This document shows, piece after piece, positions 9,448 to 19,336 of a DNA stretch of 47,278 nucleotides. The notes under the pieces are model-generated. The model was not told the origin of the DNA. It saw only the letters and a list, made by a program, of their open reading frames with translations, and ran no database searches. The position numbers were made by a program, and so were the translations under genes. This DNA is from a virus (Duplodnaviria; Caudoviricetes). Position 1 is the first letter of the stretch. Each line of letters opens with the position of its first letter. The stretch lies in the IMG/VR virus record IMGVR_UViG_3300047403_000022, positions 1 to 47,278 of that record. The stretch is one strand, 5' to 3'.

Positions 9448-10296
9448 ATGTTTGATCCTATTAGTGCAATACTAGGAGTTGGTAGTTCCATACTTGGTGG
9501 TATTGCTGGGCAGGCCGATGCTGATGCTAGAAATGAAGCTATTGATCGTCAATTCGACTATGACCTAAAAGATTGGAACTACGGTAGACAACGTATAAAG
9601 GCTGACTACCGTCATGAGCTTAAAGACTTTAGGGCAAATAAGATTAATGATCGGAGGATCCGAAGGTATCAAGACAAGACGAACCTCCAGGATTGGCAGC
9701 ATCAACTAAAGATCCAAGACTATGAGTATCGCTCTCAGATGAGGCAATACGCTAAGTCAGAAGAGATCTACGGTATGCAGCTCGGCTTCAATAAGATGGC
9801 AGCTAATGCTGCTAAAGAAGCTGAGTTCAGAAAGCTTGAAGATGCTACAAATGAGATTGCCTTCCAGAATCAAGACATTGTCATTAAGGCAATGGAGCAG
9901 GAAGGTGCTGCTGCTGTCAAGGGACAGTCTGGACGTAGTGCAGATAAGAATGTTCAATCAGTCTTTGCATCACTTGGTCGTAACCAAGCAATTCTTGCTG
10001 AGTCTCTACTAAGTGCTAAGGCTGATACTACTGCGGCACTTAGGAAGATTGCTACTGATAAGTATGGTGCTGACATTTCTGCACAAGCTGCACGAATGCT
10101 GGAGCCTGAACGAGCACCTGAGCCTCCGAAGCCTCTCAAGACTCCTAAGACTAAATATGTTGCACCACGCAGACCTAAGGCGTATGACTTTGGTCCTAGG
10201 CCAATTAAGGGTGCTAAAGCTAATGCAACAGGTGCTTGGCTTGGAGCAGCTGCTGGTGGTTTAAGTAGCATCGCTGGTGCCATATACCACAAATAG
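9448..10296 (+). CDS. Internal virion protein, gp14-like
   Basis: Synteny; Gly/Ala hydrophobic ends around a helical core with G.SGRS. Confidence 0.75.
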   Translation: MFDPISAILGVGSSILGGIAGQADADARNEAIDRQFDYDLKDWNYGRQRIKADYRHELKDFRANKINDRRIRRYQDKTNLQDWQHQLKIQDYEYRSQMRQYAKSEEIYGMQLGFNKMAANAAKEAEFRKLEDATNEIAFQNQDIVIKAMEQEGAAAVKGQSGRSADKNVQSVFASLGRNQAILAESLLSAKADTTAALRKIATDKYGADISAQAARMLEPERAPEPPKPLKTPKTKYVAPRRPKAYDFGPRPIKGAKANATGAWLGAAAGGLSSIAGAIYHK

Positions 10297-10326
10297 TAAC
10301 CTAATGGTAGCTACAACCTGAACTAA

Positions 10327-13300
10327 ATGGAACAAGTAAACTACAGAGGGTACGCCCGAAGTGTTGGATTCGATCCAATTAAAGCTCCCTATCAAGCATT
10401 AGATAGGATGGCGGAACATGACAACCAAGTTATACGTAACATGGATCGTCAACGCCAACAAATCAAAGAAGTACGTAACGACTACCAACGTGGTCTAGAG
10501 CGTAAGTTTCAAGCTGAATCACAGAATAGAGAGCGTAACTATCAGTGGGAACAACGGCTTGATGAGAATAGACAAAGGGCTGAACAGCGTAATGCACAAA
10601 CAGAAATTAAAAGTGCCATTCAACGTGGTGATAACGCTAAACAGACCTTTGAGAGTCTAGCTAAGTTCAGCACCACTATTGCTGATACTCTTACTGAATA
10701 CAAAAAGCAGAAGGAAAAAGAAGATTACGAGCAAGGTCTGATGGACATTGCTGCTGGTAACATCGACCCTAAGTCAATGCAATCCCATCAGAATGGTGTG
10801 GCACTGCTTAATGTTACAGGCGCTCAACAAGATCAAATAGCTGGTGGATTTCAAGATAGGGGAGCTGACCCTATGGTTGTTACTAACCTGTTATTTGGTA
10901 GCAAATCTAGGCAGCATGGTCAGTTAGTAGCTTATTCGCAGCTTGCTGCTTCTGAGTTTCCAGACTATGCAAGGCAACGTCTCCTTGACTCAGGAGCGAC
11001 AACTGCACCTGATATGCAAGCTGCTGCACAAAGTATTTTTATTGACTTCCTTAAAGAGAAAGGTCTCTATGGTCTGAAGGATACATTCTTGGCAGAATCA
11101 TTACTGAAGATGCGTAGTTCTTATAACGCTATAGTTAGTGAAGCCAGGAAGAATGATATTGTCGCTAAATCAGAAGAACTTAGATCTCAAGCATTTGACG
11201 ACCTATATCAAAATAAAACAGGAGAATCACTTGTTAAGAGTTTTAATCTTCTTACTCGTACTTATGGACCTGATGGTAAGACTCCGTTAGGAAGGGCTGG
11301 TGCAAAGGCCGAACTATTTAAAGAACTAAGTGATGCTGGTAAGTATTCTGATGAGGATGTACAGCGCATCCTTAATGAAGCTATCACTGATCAAGGAACT
11401 TCATGGGCTGAACGTTTCCCACGAGAAATCGAGTCTTTAATGGAAGCTCGTAGAGATGATAAGTCTCGCATGTTCTCTAGGGATCAAGACGAAGAACGTC
11501 GTGGTCAACAGCAAGCTGAAGAGGCCCTTCTCCAATACGTTAAAGATGAGTGGAATGGCGATGAAGAAGTCTTACAGGGCATCATCAGAGACGCTAAAAC
11601 AAAGGGTATCCCAACTGATCGGCTTCAAGCTTACCTAGCTTACTCTAACCAGCAAAAGAACGAGGACTTCTGGAATAAAGAATTTGAAGAGTCCTACAAC
11701 CAAGGTCTCCTAACTCTTGATGATGTAGACCAGCCTGGTGTGCCTATGGAGACACGTCAGAAGTGGCGTCAACTGGCACAAGAGCAAGAGAAGTCAAGGG
11801 CTGATTCTGGTGTTAGTAAAGAAGATTTGAAGGCTACCTTTAAGTCTGCTCTTCAAGCTAACCTTATTGGTGACAGTACTACCACTACTCCCCACTACAG
11901 CTTGACTCCTGCAATAGCTGCGGCTATGTCGTTGTACAACAGGAAGTTCAAGGAGTTCTCGCAGACAATGGAGCCTGCTGCAGCAGCTGCTAAAGCACAG
12001 GACATTGTTCTTAGAATGATTGGTGAAGGTGTAGCACAAGGAGATAAGCCTGGTAAGGGCTTGTTTGCTGTTATTCCTTCATCTCAGGCTACAGGTAAAC
12101 AAGCGTTCTTCAGGGAGTATACCTCTGGTAGTCATCCGCACTACTTCAATGTAACCCAGCCGTATGTTGCTCCCAATCAACGACTAGATTCTGTTAAGGC
12201 AAACCCTGCACTCCTTGATAGTCAGATCTTCATCAATAGGGGAGAACTCGTACAGATCAACGATGCTGTTAAGAATGGTAGACCTATTACTATTCCTTGG
12301 ATGGTTGAGGCTATCTCTACCCGTACTGGTATTCCTGTTCGTGACATCCTCAATCGACAGCTTAAGGCTGCTGGTCTTCAGGCTCAGGTACAGCCTGGCT
12401 TTAGGGATAACCTACTGAATCAACTGAATGATCCACGTCTTCGGGCTATCCTTGATCAACCTCTTACTCAAGATCGTCTTAACACAACTATCATTGGTAG
12501 TGGTAATACTCCTGCAACAATCCGCACAGGTGCTCCTGGTTTCCAAGATGTCGTAGCAGTAACACAAGCTGCTGGGTTTGCACACCCTGCTGTAGCTGCT
12601 GCTATGTGGGCACTTGAGAGTGGATGGGGAAAGTACCATAGTGGTAGAAACAACGTCTTTAACATCAAGGCACCCCCAGGTCAAGGCACCATGATGGCTA
12701 GCCCTGAAGGTGATGGACGTGTCTACAACTCTTGGTGGAGGGACTATGCCTCACCGCTTGAGTCTGCAAAGGACTTCACACGACTGATGACTGATCCTCG
12801 GTACGCTAGACCTCTTGCTGCTGCTAGGACTCCTAGGCAAGCTGCACAGGCTATCTTCTCTGCTGGATATGCTACTGATCCTCAGTACGTTACCAAGGTA
12901 GTAAGCATCCTCAAGGCACAAGGTATCAATCCAGATCAGGTCTACGCCCCTGCTGCTGCACCTACCCGTAACACTGCTTATATGCGTCCCACCCTTGCTT
13001 ATTACACAGGTGACTTAGGTTCTCCTGGTCAATCTCACCTAGATGTCAAGCAATGGGATAACCCAAACACCCCAGCTAATGAAGACCGCTCTCGATTCGG
13101 ACCTAATGATCTTGATAACTATGTAACCGTTCAGGATCCTGAGTTCGGTAATATTCCTATTGGTGCGTTACGACAGAAGCTGCCTGGTCGTGGTGATAAT
13201 TACGATCAACACGTAGCAAGGGGATCACATGGTATTGACTACCCAACTGCAATGGGTTCGCAGATCTTTATTAGAAATGGTGCAAGAATTATCTCTAGAG

Positions 13301-13383
13301 CTAGAACCCAGTGGGGAGATAAGCTTGTTATTCAACTGCCTGATGGCCGACGTTTTAGTTTCCTCCACGGTACTGCCGCATGA
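10327..13383 (+). CDS. Internal virion protein, gp15-like, with C-terminal GH73 glucosaminidase-like and M23-like domains
   Basis: Synteny; AAAMWALESGWG..GRNNVFNIK and GYATDPQY; terminal HGIDY...WGDKLVIQLPDGRRFSFLHG. Confidence 0.8.
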   Translation: MEQVNYRGYARSVGFDPIKAPYQALDRMAEHDNQVIRNMDRQRQQIKEVRNDYQRGLERKFQAESQNRERNYQWEQRLDENRQRAEQRNAQTEIKSAIQRGDNAKQTFESLAKFSTTIADTLTEYKKQKEKEDYEQGLMDIAAGNIDPKSMQSHQNGVALLNVTGAQQDQIAGGFQDRGADPMVVTNLLFGSKSRQHGQLVAYSQLAASEFPDYARQRLLDSGATTAPDMQAAAQSIFIDFLKEKGLYGLKDTFLAESLLKMRSSYNAIVSEARKNDIVAKSEELRSQAFDDLYQNKTGESLVKSFNLLTRTYGPDGKTPLGRAGAKAELFKELSDAGKYSDEDVQRILNEAITDQGTSWAERFPREIESLMEARRDDKSRMFSRDQDEERRGQQQAEEALLQYVKDEWNGDEEVLQGIIRDAKTKGIPTDRLQAYLAYSNQQKNEDFWNKEFEESYNQGLLTLDDVDQPGVPMETRQKWRQLAQEQEKSRADSGVSKEDLKATFKSALQANLIGDSTTTTPHYSLTPAIAAAMSLYNRKFKEFSQTMEPAAAAAKAQDIVLRMIGEGVAQGDKPGKGLFAVIPSSQATGKQAFFREYTSGSHPHYFNVTQPYVAPNQRLDSVKANPALLDSQIFINRGELVQINDAVKNGRPITIPWMVEAISTRTGIPVRDILNRQLKAAGLQAQVQPGFRDNLLNQLNDPRLRAILDQPLTQDRLNTTIIGSGNTPATIRTGAPGFQDVVAVTQAAGFAHPAVAAAMWALESGWGKYHSGRNNVFNIKAPPGQGTMMASPEGDGRVYNSWWRDYASPLESAKDFTRLMTDPRYARPLAAARTPRQAAQAIFSAGYATDPQYVTKVVSILKAQGINPDQVYAPAAAPTRNTAYMRPTLAYYTGDLGSPGQSHLDVKQWDNPNTPANEDRSRFGPNDLDNYVTVQDPEFGNIPIGALRQKLPGRGDNYDQHVARGSHGIDYPTAMGSQIFIRNGARIISRARTQWGDKLVIQLPDGRRFSFLHGTAA

Positions 13384-16300
13384 CACAAACCCCATTTTTT
13401 AGTGAAGAGGAGCTGAAGCGTCTTAACTCCTATGAGTCAGAGATCATCACCTCCCCAGAAGAAGAGAACAATATTAAAGCTCCAGATACAATCTATAGGA
13501 CTCCGACTGCTGCAGATAACAAAGCTAATGGTGATGTACAGCCTGTAAGGAGTCCAGCTGAACAGGGCATCGCTCAGCTGACTGGTAACAAACAACAAGC
13601 TCCTAATGGCTTTCTAGATAAACTAGGTCAAGGCGTCCAAACTGCTGTTGAGTCTACGATTGCACCCATCATGGGTATGCAAGACTTCGGCATGGATGCT
13701 ATTGGTCGTATCCCAGGAGCAGAGCAAGTCGATGAAGCCTGGGATGCTAAGACTAAGTTCAAGAACCCACTATTTCAAAAGATCAGGGAAGTATCTTCTG
13801 TACTAATCCCTAGCATTGCTATTGGTAGGGCAACTGGAGGCATCTCTGTTGGAGCCAATGTACTCAAAGGTCTTGGTGTTGTTGGGCTTAATGTTGCTGG
13901 TGATGTCGCTATCAACGCTGTATCTGATCAATCAGAAGGAGACACTGTATCTACTTTCATTAAGGAAGTAGCACCGTGGATGCCTGTTAATGAGGACTGG
14001 GTTGTTAAGCCTGGTGATTCACCTGAGGTACGTCGTCACAAGAATATGTATGAGTCTGCTGGACTCAGTATTATTGGCGATCTACTTGGCTTCGCTACAG
14101 CTGGTGCTAAGCCAATCATGGATTGGTTTGATGCTAAAAACTACCAAGCCGAAGAGTACTTCAATAAAGAAGTAACAACAAACATGGACTCTGCTACAGC
14201 AACTAAGCTGTCAGAGATCCAAGCACAAAAAGCTACAACTGATGCTCAAGCTCAGGAGTTAGCTACTGTACAACCTCAATCTATCGAAGAGCTTGCTGTT
14301 CAGTCTATCAATCTAGATGAGCTTCAGAAGGCCTCTAAGGCCCTTGAAAATGAGAGTGTGTCTCTTACCAAGGAATACATCTCTAAGGGCTCTTCTAGGG
14401 TCACAGAGGACCCTCTCAACTCGTTTGTAGAGAGGCAGCAGATCTCCAGAGAACTGCAGATTGATGAAGTAGGTAAGGATCGTCTTCTTTCTAACCCTAA
14501 TGGTGTTGATGCTGACCCCTTCATTACACCTAATCTATTCCCTGAAGGTTCTTCTGCTGCACTTAGTATTGAGCCCGGCTATGTAGCTAGGAATGCTGCT
14601 GATGTAGCTGCCATTAAACTTGGTGGTTCTACTGGTAGTCCTGCTCCTATTCTTTCTGAAAGAGCTTACTATGACATCTCTAATGGTAATACTAGAACAA
14701 GAGATGTTGTTGTAGGTCTTGCTGAAGCTTATCGAGAGGCTGGTGATTTTGATGCCATTGTTGATGGCTTCCGATACACTAAGGCACAGATGAGCGATGC
14801 TGCATGGAAGGTCTATGTAGACATCATGAAGGCTGGTGATGTAGAAGCTACACGTAAGGTATTCCTAGCTGACAAAGATGTAAAGTCACTACTTGATGGT
14901 CGTAAGGTCAAATACATCAATGATGTACAGGCAGAAGCTGTTGGCTATGCAATGAGGGATCTAGTAAAGCAGTACATCGGTGCTGAAGTTACAGAAGCTT
15001 CTGCACGGGTTATGGATACCTTAGGTAGAGAGATCTCTGATATTGCTGAAGGTGCTAAAGCTTTACCTGAAGTTGCTGATCCTGTTCGTGTACAAGAGAT
15101 GATCGGTGATCGTCTTGCATTCTTGATGGGTGAGTACGGTGTCAATAAGTATATTGCTGGTTGGTCGCTAAAGACACATGACCGCTGGAAGATGATGTTC
15201 CAGAAGTCTGGTGATAAGGAAGCTACTGTCAAGCAGCTAATGGAGCAGTTTGATCTGAAGGTAGCTGAGAAGACACGACAGGCTCAAGGCTATAAGCAGA
15301 TGCTTCAGACAATCACTAAGGAGAAGCCTGAAGCTGCTCAGGCATTGATTGATGCTTTTGCTCTTACTAACGGTGATGTTGATACCATTGATAAGCTCAT
15401 GAAGTGGGCTGCTAAGCAGATGAACCCTGGTGGCCTCATTGCTCCTATGGGGGACAGTGGAGGTCTTAATGCCTTTGCTCAAGGTGCATGGGCTGTTCGT
15501 TACGCCAACGTACTTAGTGGTATTTCTGCAGGTAGAGCTGCACTTGGTAACGCTGTAAACCTTGTACTTCGTCCGGTTAACTCTTATCTGGGTACTGGCA
15601 TTGGCATGTTGATTGGTCGTAATTCTATTGATGATCTGAAACGTGCTCACTACATGCATTCAGCAACACTTACCACAGCTAATCGTGCATTAGGTGACAC
15701 ATGGAATCATTTCAAAAAGCTTCATGCTGCTGGTAAGTGGGGTGATGATCTTCACCTACGTCCACAGATGATGGCTAGGGATGACCTGCTCACAGGAGAC
15801 AAGAGTGCTATTGAAGTGCTCGACTCCATGCAACCAATGTGGGAGAAGGAAGGTAATGTTGGTCGTTTGTATCAGTACAAAATGCTGAAGCTTCTGCATC
15901 AGCTTGGTAACTGGAACATGCTCAAGTATGGTACTAACCTCCTTGAAAGTGCTGATATTCTTGTGCGTACTACCACTGCTATCCAACTAGCTAGGTTTCG
16001 TGCTTATGATGAAGTAATGAGCATTGGTTACAAGGGAGAAGAGCTAGCTAATCAACTTGCTAAAGCTGAAAAGCTTGCTTACGATGAGATGTTTGATGCT
16101 AACGGTAATATTACTGACAACTTACTGAAGCATGTATCTGGTGAGATTGCTATGCAGTTGGATGATCCTACTGCTGATTTCATCAATATGGCTGTAGGTA
16201 AGGTGCCTGTATTGAAGCCGTTCTTCATGTTTCCAAAGACAGGTGTTAACGGTGTCAAGCTGGCTATGTCCTATACACCGCTTGCTAGGTTGATGCCTAA

Positions 16301-17513
16301 ATATGGAGCTATTCTTGGTGCTGGTGATGATCTAGCTAAAAAGAAAGCTGCACTACTTCAACACGGTATTAACTGGGATACGACTCCTAATGCTGAGTCT
16401 ATCTTCAAAGGTCTGGAGGCTGAATACACTGGTCGTGTAGCATTTGGATCACTCCTATTCACTGGTCTATTTGGTCATGCGCTTGCAGGTAAGATCCGTG
16501 GTAATGGACCTGTTAATGAATCAGAGCGTAAGAAGCTTCGTGATAACTTTAACTGGCAACCAAAGACCATTGAGATTAACGGTAAGTGGGTAAGCTTTGG
16601 AGGTTATGAGCCGCTAGATACCATCCTTAGTTTGGTTGGTGATCTTGCTTACTATGCTACTGATATTGGATCACCTCTTGTTGAAGACTTCGGTACAAAG
16701 ATTGCTTGGACATTTGCTGCTACCTTAGTCAATAAGACGTGGACACAAGGTCTTGATCCACTACTTGCCATTATTGATGGTGACCAGTCACGTCTAACTA
16801 GGCACCTTGCTAATGAAGCTAGATCTGCTATTCCTTGGTCTGGTGCTTTAGGTGTTGGTGCTAATGCTATTAGCTCGACTCAAAAGGATGTCTATAATGA
16901 TCTTATTGGTTATGTAAAGAACAGGCTTCCTGGTTTCAATACAACTCTTCCTGATCAGATTGACATCTATACGGGTAAGCCTCTTAACGACATTGATAAC
17001 CCAATGCTTCGTGCTATTAATGCTATCCTTCCTGTTAAGGTAAGTGATGGTCCTGAGCCTTGGAGACAGTGGTTGATCAATACAGGTTGGGATGGTATCC
17101 AACAGATCCGTAAGGACTCTTCAGGTAACCATGAATACACTCCTGCTGAACGGGAGCTTCTGTATAAGTACATTGGTGAACAGCAGATCTGGAGAGACTT
17201 TGAGCGGTTGCGTAAGAACAAGAAGTATAATGACCAGCTTGACACTATCCGTGCAATGCGGGTACAAGGATATACTTCTAAGGAGATCAACTCTGCACAG
17301 GTAGAAGCATACAAAGTCTTTGATGACATACTTAAGAACGCTCAACTAAAAGCTGAGCAACGTCTTCAAAACGAGAATGCTCCTATGTGGAGAGCTATTC
17401 AAGAATCCATCCGTAATAAGAACTATATGGCTCAAGGTAGGGTAAATGATGCCCGTAGAGCTGCTGATCGTCGTAAGGTTTTGATTGAACAACTTACACA
17501 AATGTACAGGTAA
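13380..17513 (+). CDS. Internal virion protein, gp16-like
   Basis: 1377 aa helical protein directly before the tail fibre; PVLKPFFMFPKTGVN motif. Confidence 0.85.
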   Translation: MTQTPFFSEEELKRLNSYESEIITSPEEENNIKAPDTIYRTPTAADNKANGDVQPVRSPAEQGIAQLTGNKQQAPNGFLDKLGQGVQTAVESTIAPIMGMQDFGMDAIGRIPGAEQVDEAWDAKTKFKNPLFQKIREVSSVLIPSIAIGRATGGISVGANVLKGLGVVGLNVAGDVAINAVSDQSEGDTVSTFIKEVAPWMPVNEDWVVKPGDSPEVRRHKNMYESAGLSIIGDLLGFATAGAKPIMDWFDAKNYQAEEYFNKEVTTNMDSATATKLSEIQAQKATTDAQAQELATVQPQSIEELAVQSINLDELQKASKALENESVSLTKEYISKGSSRVTEDPLNSFVERQQISRELQIDEVGKDRLLSNPNGVDADPFITPNLFPEGSSAALSIEPGYVARNAADVAAIKLGGSTGSPAPILSERAYYDISNGNTRTRDVVVGLAEAYREAGDFDAIVDGFRYTKAQMSDAAWKVYVDIMKAGDVEATRKVFLADKDVKSLLDGRKVKYINDVQAEAVGYAMRDLVKQYIGAEVTEASARVMDTLGREISDIAEGAKALPEVADPVRVQEMIGDRLAFLMGEYGVNKYIAGWSLKTHDRWKMMFQKSGDKEATVKQLMEQFDLKVAEKTRQAQGYKQMLQTITKEKPEAAQALIDAFALTNGDVDTIDKLMKWAAKQMNPGGLIAPMGDSGGLNAFAQGAWAVRYANVLSGISAGRAALGNAVNLVLRPVNSYLGTGIGMLIGRNSIDDLKRAHYMHSATLTTANRALGDTWNHFKKLHAAGKWGDDLHLRPQMMARDDLLTGDKSAIEVLDSMQPMWEKEGNVGRLYQYKMLKLLHQLGNWNMLKYGTNLLESADILVRTTTAIQLARFRAYDEVMSIGYKGEELANQLAKAEKLAYDEMFDANGNITDNLLKHVSGEIAMQLDDPTADFINMAVGKVPVLKPFFMFPKTGVNGVKLAMSYTPLARLMPKYGAILGAGDDLAKKKAALLQHGINWDTTPNAESIFKGLEAEYTGRVAFGSLLFTGLFGHALAGKIRGNGPVNESERKKLRDNFNWQPKTIEINGKWVSFGGYEPLDTILSLVGDLAYYATDIGSPLVEDFGTKIAWTFAATLVNKTWTQGLDPLLAIIDGDQSRLTRHLANEARSAIPWSGALGVGANAISSTQKDVYNDLIGYVKNRLPGFNTTLPDQIDIYTGKPLNDIDNPMLRAINAILPVKVSDGPEPWRQWLINTGWDGIQQIRKDSSGNHEYTPAERELLYKYIGEQQIWRDFERLRKNKKYNDQLDTIRAMRVQGYTSKEINSAQVEAYKVFDDILKNAQLKAEQRLQNENAPMWRAIQESIRNKNYMAQGRVNDARRAADRRKVLIEQLTQMYR

Positions 17514-17518
17514 ATTAA

Positions 17519-19336
17519 ATGGCTGTCACTCAGAATACATATACGGGTAATGGATCCACCACTAATTACTCCTTCACATTTCCATATCTAGAGACTACCG
17601 ATATTAAGGTCTCCCTTAACGGTACAATTACAACTGCATATACTTTAGCCAACGCCACAACTGTTCAGTTCAATACTGCTCCTGCTAATGGTGCTGCTAT
17701 CCGTATTTATCGAGTCACGGACGATGCAGCACTTGCGGCTACCTTCTATCCTGGTTCTGCTATTCGTTCTACTGACCTAAATGAGAACTTTACGCAGAAC
17801 CTGTATGTAACGCAAGAGTCATCCAATAGTGCAGCTACTGCTAATAGCACGGCTAACACAGCGCTTACGAACTCTAGTACTGCAATTAGCACGGCTAACA
17901 GTGCTGTTACTACTGCCAACACTGCATCCACTAATGCATCGGCCGCAGTAAGTACTGCCAATACAGCTAGTGCTAATGCAAGTACTGCTGTGTCTACAGC
18001 AAACACTGCTGCTGCTAATGCTACGACAGCTATTAACACGGCTAATACTGCGACTACTACAGCAAACAGTGCTACATCAACAGCTAATACCGCACTTAGT
18101 ACAGCCAACGCAGCTACATCTACAGCCAATGCTGCCTCTACTGCAGCAACTAACGCTGTAAACACAGCTAATGCTGCCTCTGCTGCTGCTAGTTCAGCTG
18201 TAACCACAGCTAACACAGCCTCTACTAATGCAACCACTGCTGTCAATACAGCAAACTCAGCTACCACTACAGCAAACTCAGCAACTACCACAGCTAACAC
18301 CGCCAACTCCAAAGCGGATCAGGCTATTGCTGCTGTGTCGAACAGCATTAACTATCAACTGGTAGCAAACGTAGCTGCAATTCCAGCTACCCCTGCTAAT
18401 GACACCTACATCGAAGTGCAGAACTCCACAGGTTTGGAGAGCTTCACTCCGCTTGCTGGTAAACCTGCAGGGTTTGTTGGCGACTCTGGTCTTAGTGTTC
18501 GCCTTCGCTACACCACTGCTGGGGCAACTTGGAACTGGCTGAACTACTACGCCAATAACTCTGATACTCGTTACCTTAAACTGACAGGTGGAACACTGAC
18601 TGGCAATATCACTCTTGCTGGGGCACCGTCTTCCAACCTGCATCCTGCTACCAAGGCGTATGTGGATGGGTATGTCAATGCTATTAACGGTGATATTGCG
18701 TCGCTTGGTTCGACAAAGCTTGACTCGTCAACAGCAGCGTCTACGTACCAGACCCAAGCTGGTATGTCGTCGTATTTGACGACCACTGCAGCAGGTACGA
18801 CCTACGCACCTCTTGCTAGCCCAACCTTCACGGGAACGGTCACTATCCCAGCTGGTGCTTCAATCAGCGGCTATCTGACGACTGCTACGGCTGCTTCCAC
18901 CTACCAGACACAGGCAGGAATGAGTGGTTACCTGGCAACGGGTGCCATTGGTACGACAGTCCAGGCATACGACGCTAATACCGCTAAAACAAACGTCTCT
19001 CAGAGCTACTCAGCAGCACAACGGGGTACTCACGTAACTCTTACTGATGGAGCCACGATCACTCCTGACTTTGCTGCTGGTAACCACTTCACTGTGACGC
19101 TTGGTGGTAACCGGACTCTTGCTAATCCAACCAACCTGACTGCTGGTCAAAGCGGTGTGATCTATGTCATTCAGAACGGCACAGGGTCGCGGACACTCGC
19201 TTATGGGTCGAACTGGGACTTTGCTGGTGGTACTGCACCCACACTTAGCACAGCTGCCAATGCTGTCGATGTGCTGGCCTACGCGGTTCGCTCTAACAGC
19301 TCTATTGCTGCAACCCTCATCAAGGATGTGAAGTAA
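17519..19336 (+). CDS. Tail fibre, T7 gp17-like N-terminal adaptor with heptad stalk
   Basis: YTGNGSTTNYSFTFPYL...IRIYR.T...GSAIRSTDLNENF.Q.LY..QE adaptor followed by ANTA heptads. Confidence 0.92.
   Translation: MAVTQNTYTGNGSTTNYSFTFPYLETTDIKVSLNGTITTAYTLANATTVQFNTAPANGAAIRIYRVTDDAALAATFYPGSAIRSTDLNENFTQNLYVTQESSNSAATANSTANTALTNSSTAISTANSAVTTANTASTNASAAVSTANTASANASTAVSTANTAAANATTAINTANTATTTANSATSTANTALSTANAATSTANAASTAATNAVNTANAASAAASSAVTTANTASTNATTAVNTANSATTTANSATTTANTANSKADQAIAAVSNSINYQLVANVAAIPATPANDTYIEVQNSTGLESFTPLAGKPAGFVGDSGLSVRLRYTTAGATWNWLNYYANNSDTRYLKLTGGTLTGNITLAGAPSSNLHPATKAYVDGYVNAINGDIASLGSTKLDSSTAASTYQTQAGMSSYLTTTAAGTTYAPLASPTFTGTVTIPAGASISGYLTTATAASTYQTQAGMSGYLATGAIGTTVQAYDANTAKTNVSQSYSAAQRGTHVTLTDGATITPDFAAGNHFTVTLGGNRTLANPTNLTAGQSGVIYVIQNGTGSRTLAYGSNWDFAGGTAPTLSTAANAVDVLAYAVRSNSSIAATLIKDVK
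17830..18330 (+). repeat. 21-nt-period heptad repeats (xANTAxx) encoding a coiled-coil stalk
   Basis: Repeating TANTA/TANSA/TANAA units, e.g. ACAGCAAACTCAGC duplicated at 18248 and 18269. Confidence 0.85.

Noticed and set aside
17830-18330. CRISPR-like or non-coding repeat array
   Set aside because: Degenerate 21-nt periodicity is explained by coiled-coil heptads in the tail fibre; there are no constant repeats with unique spacers.
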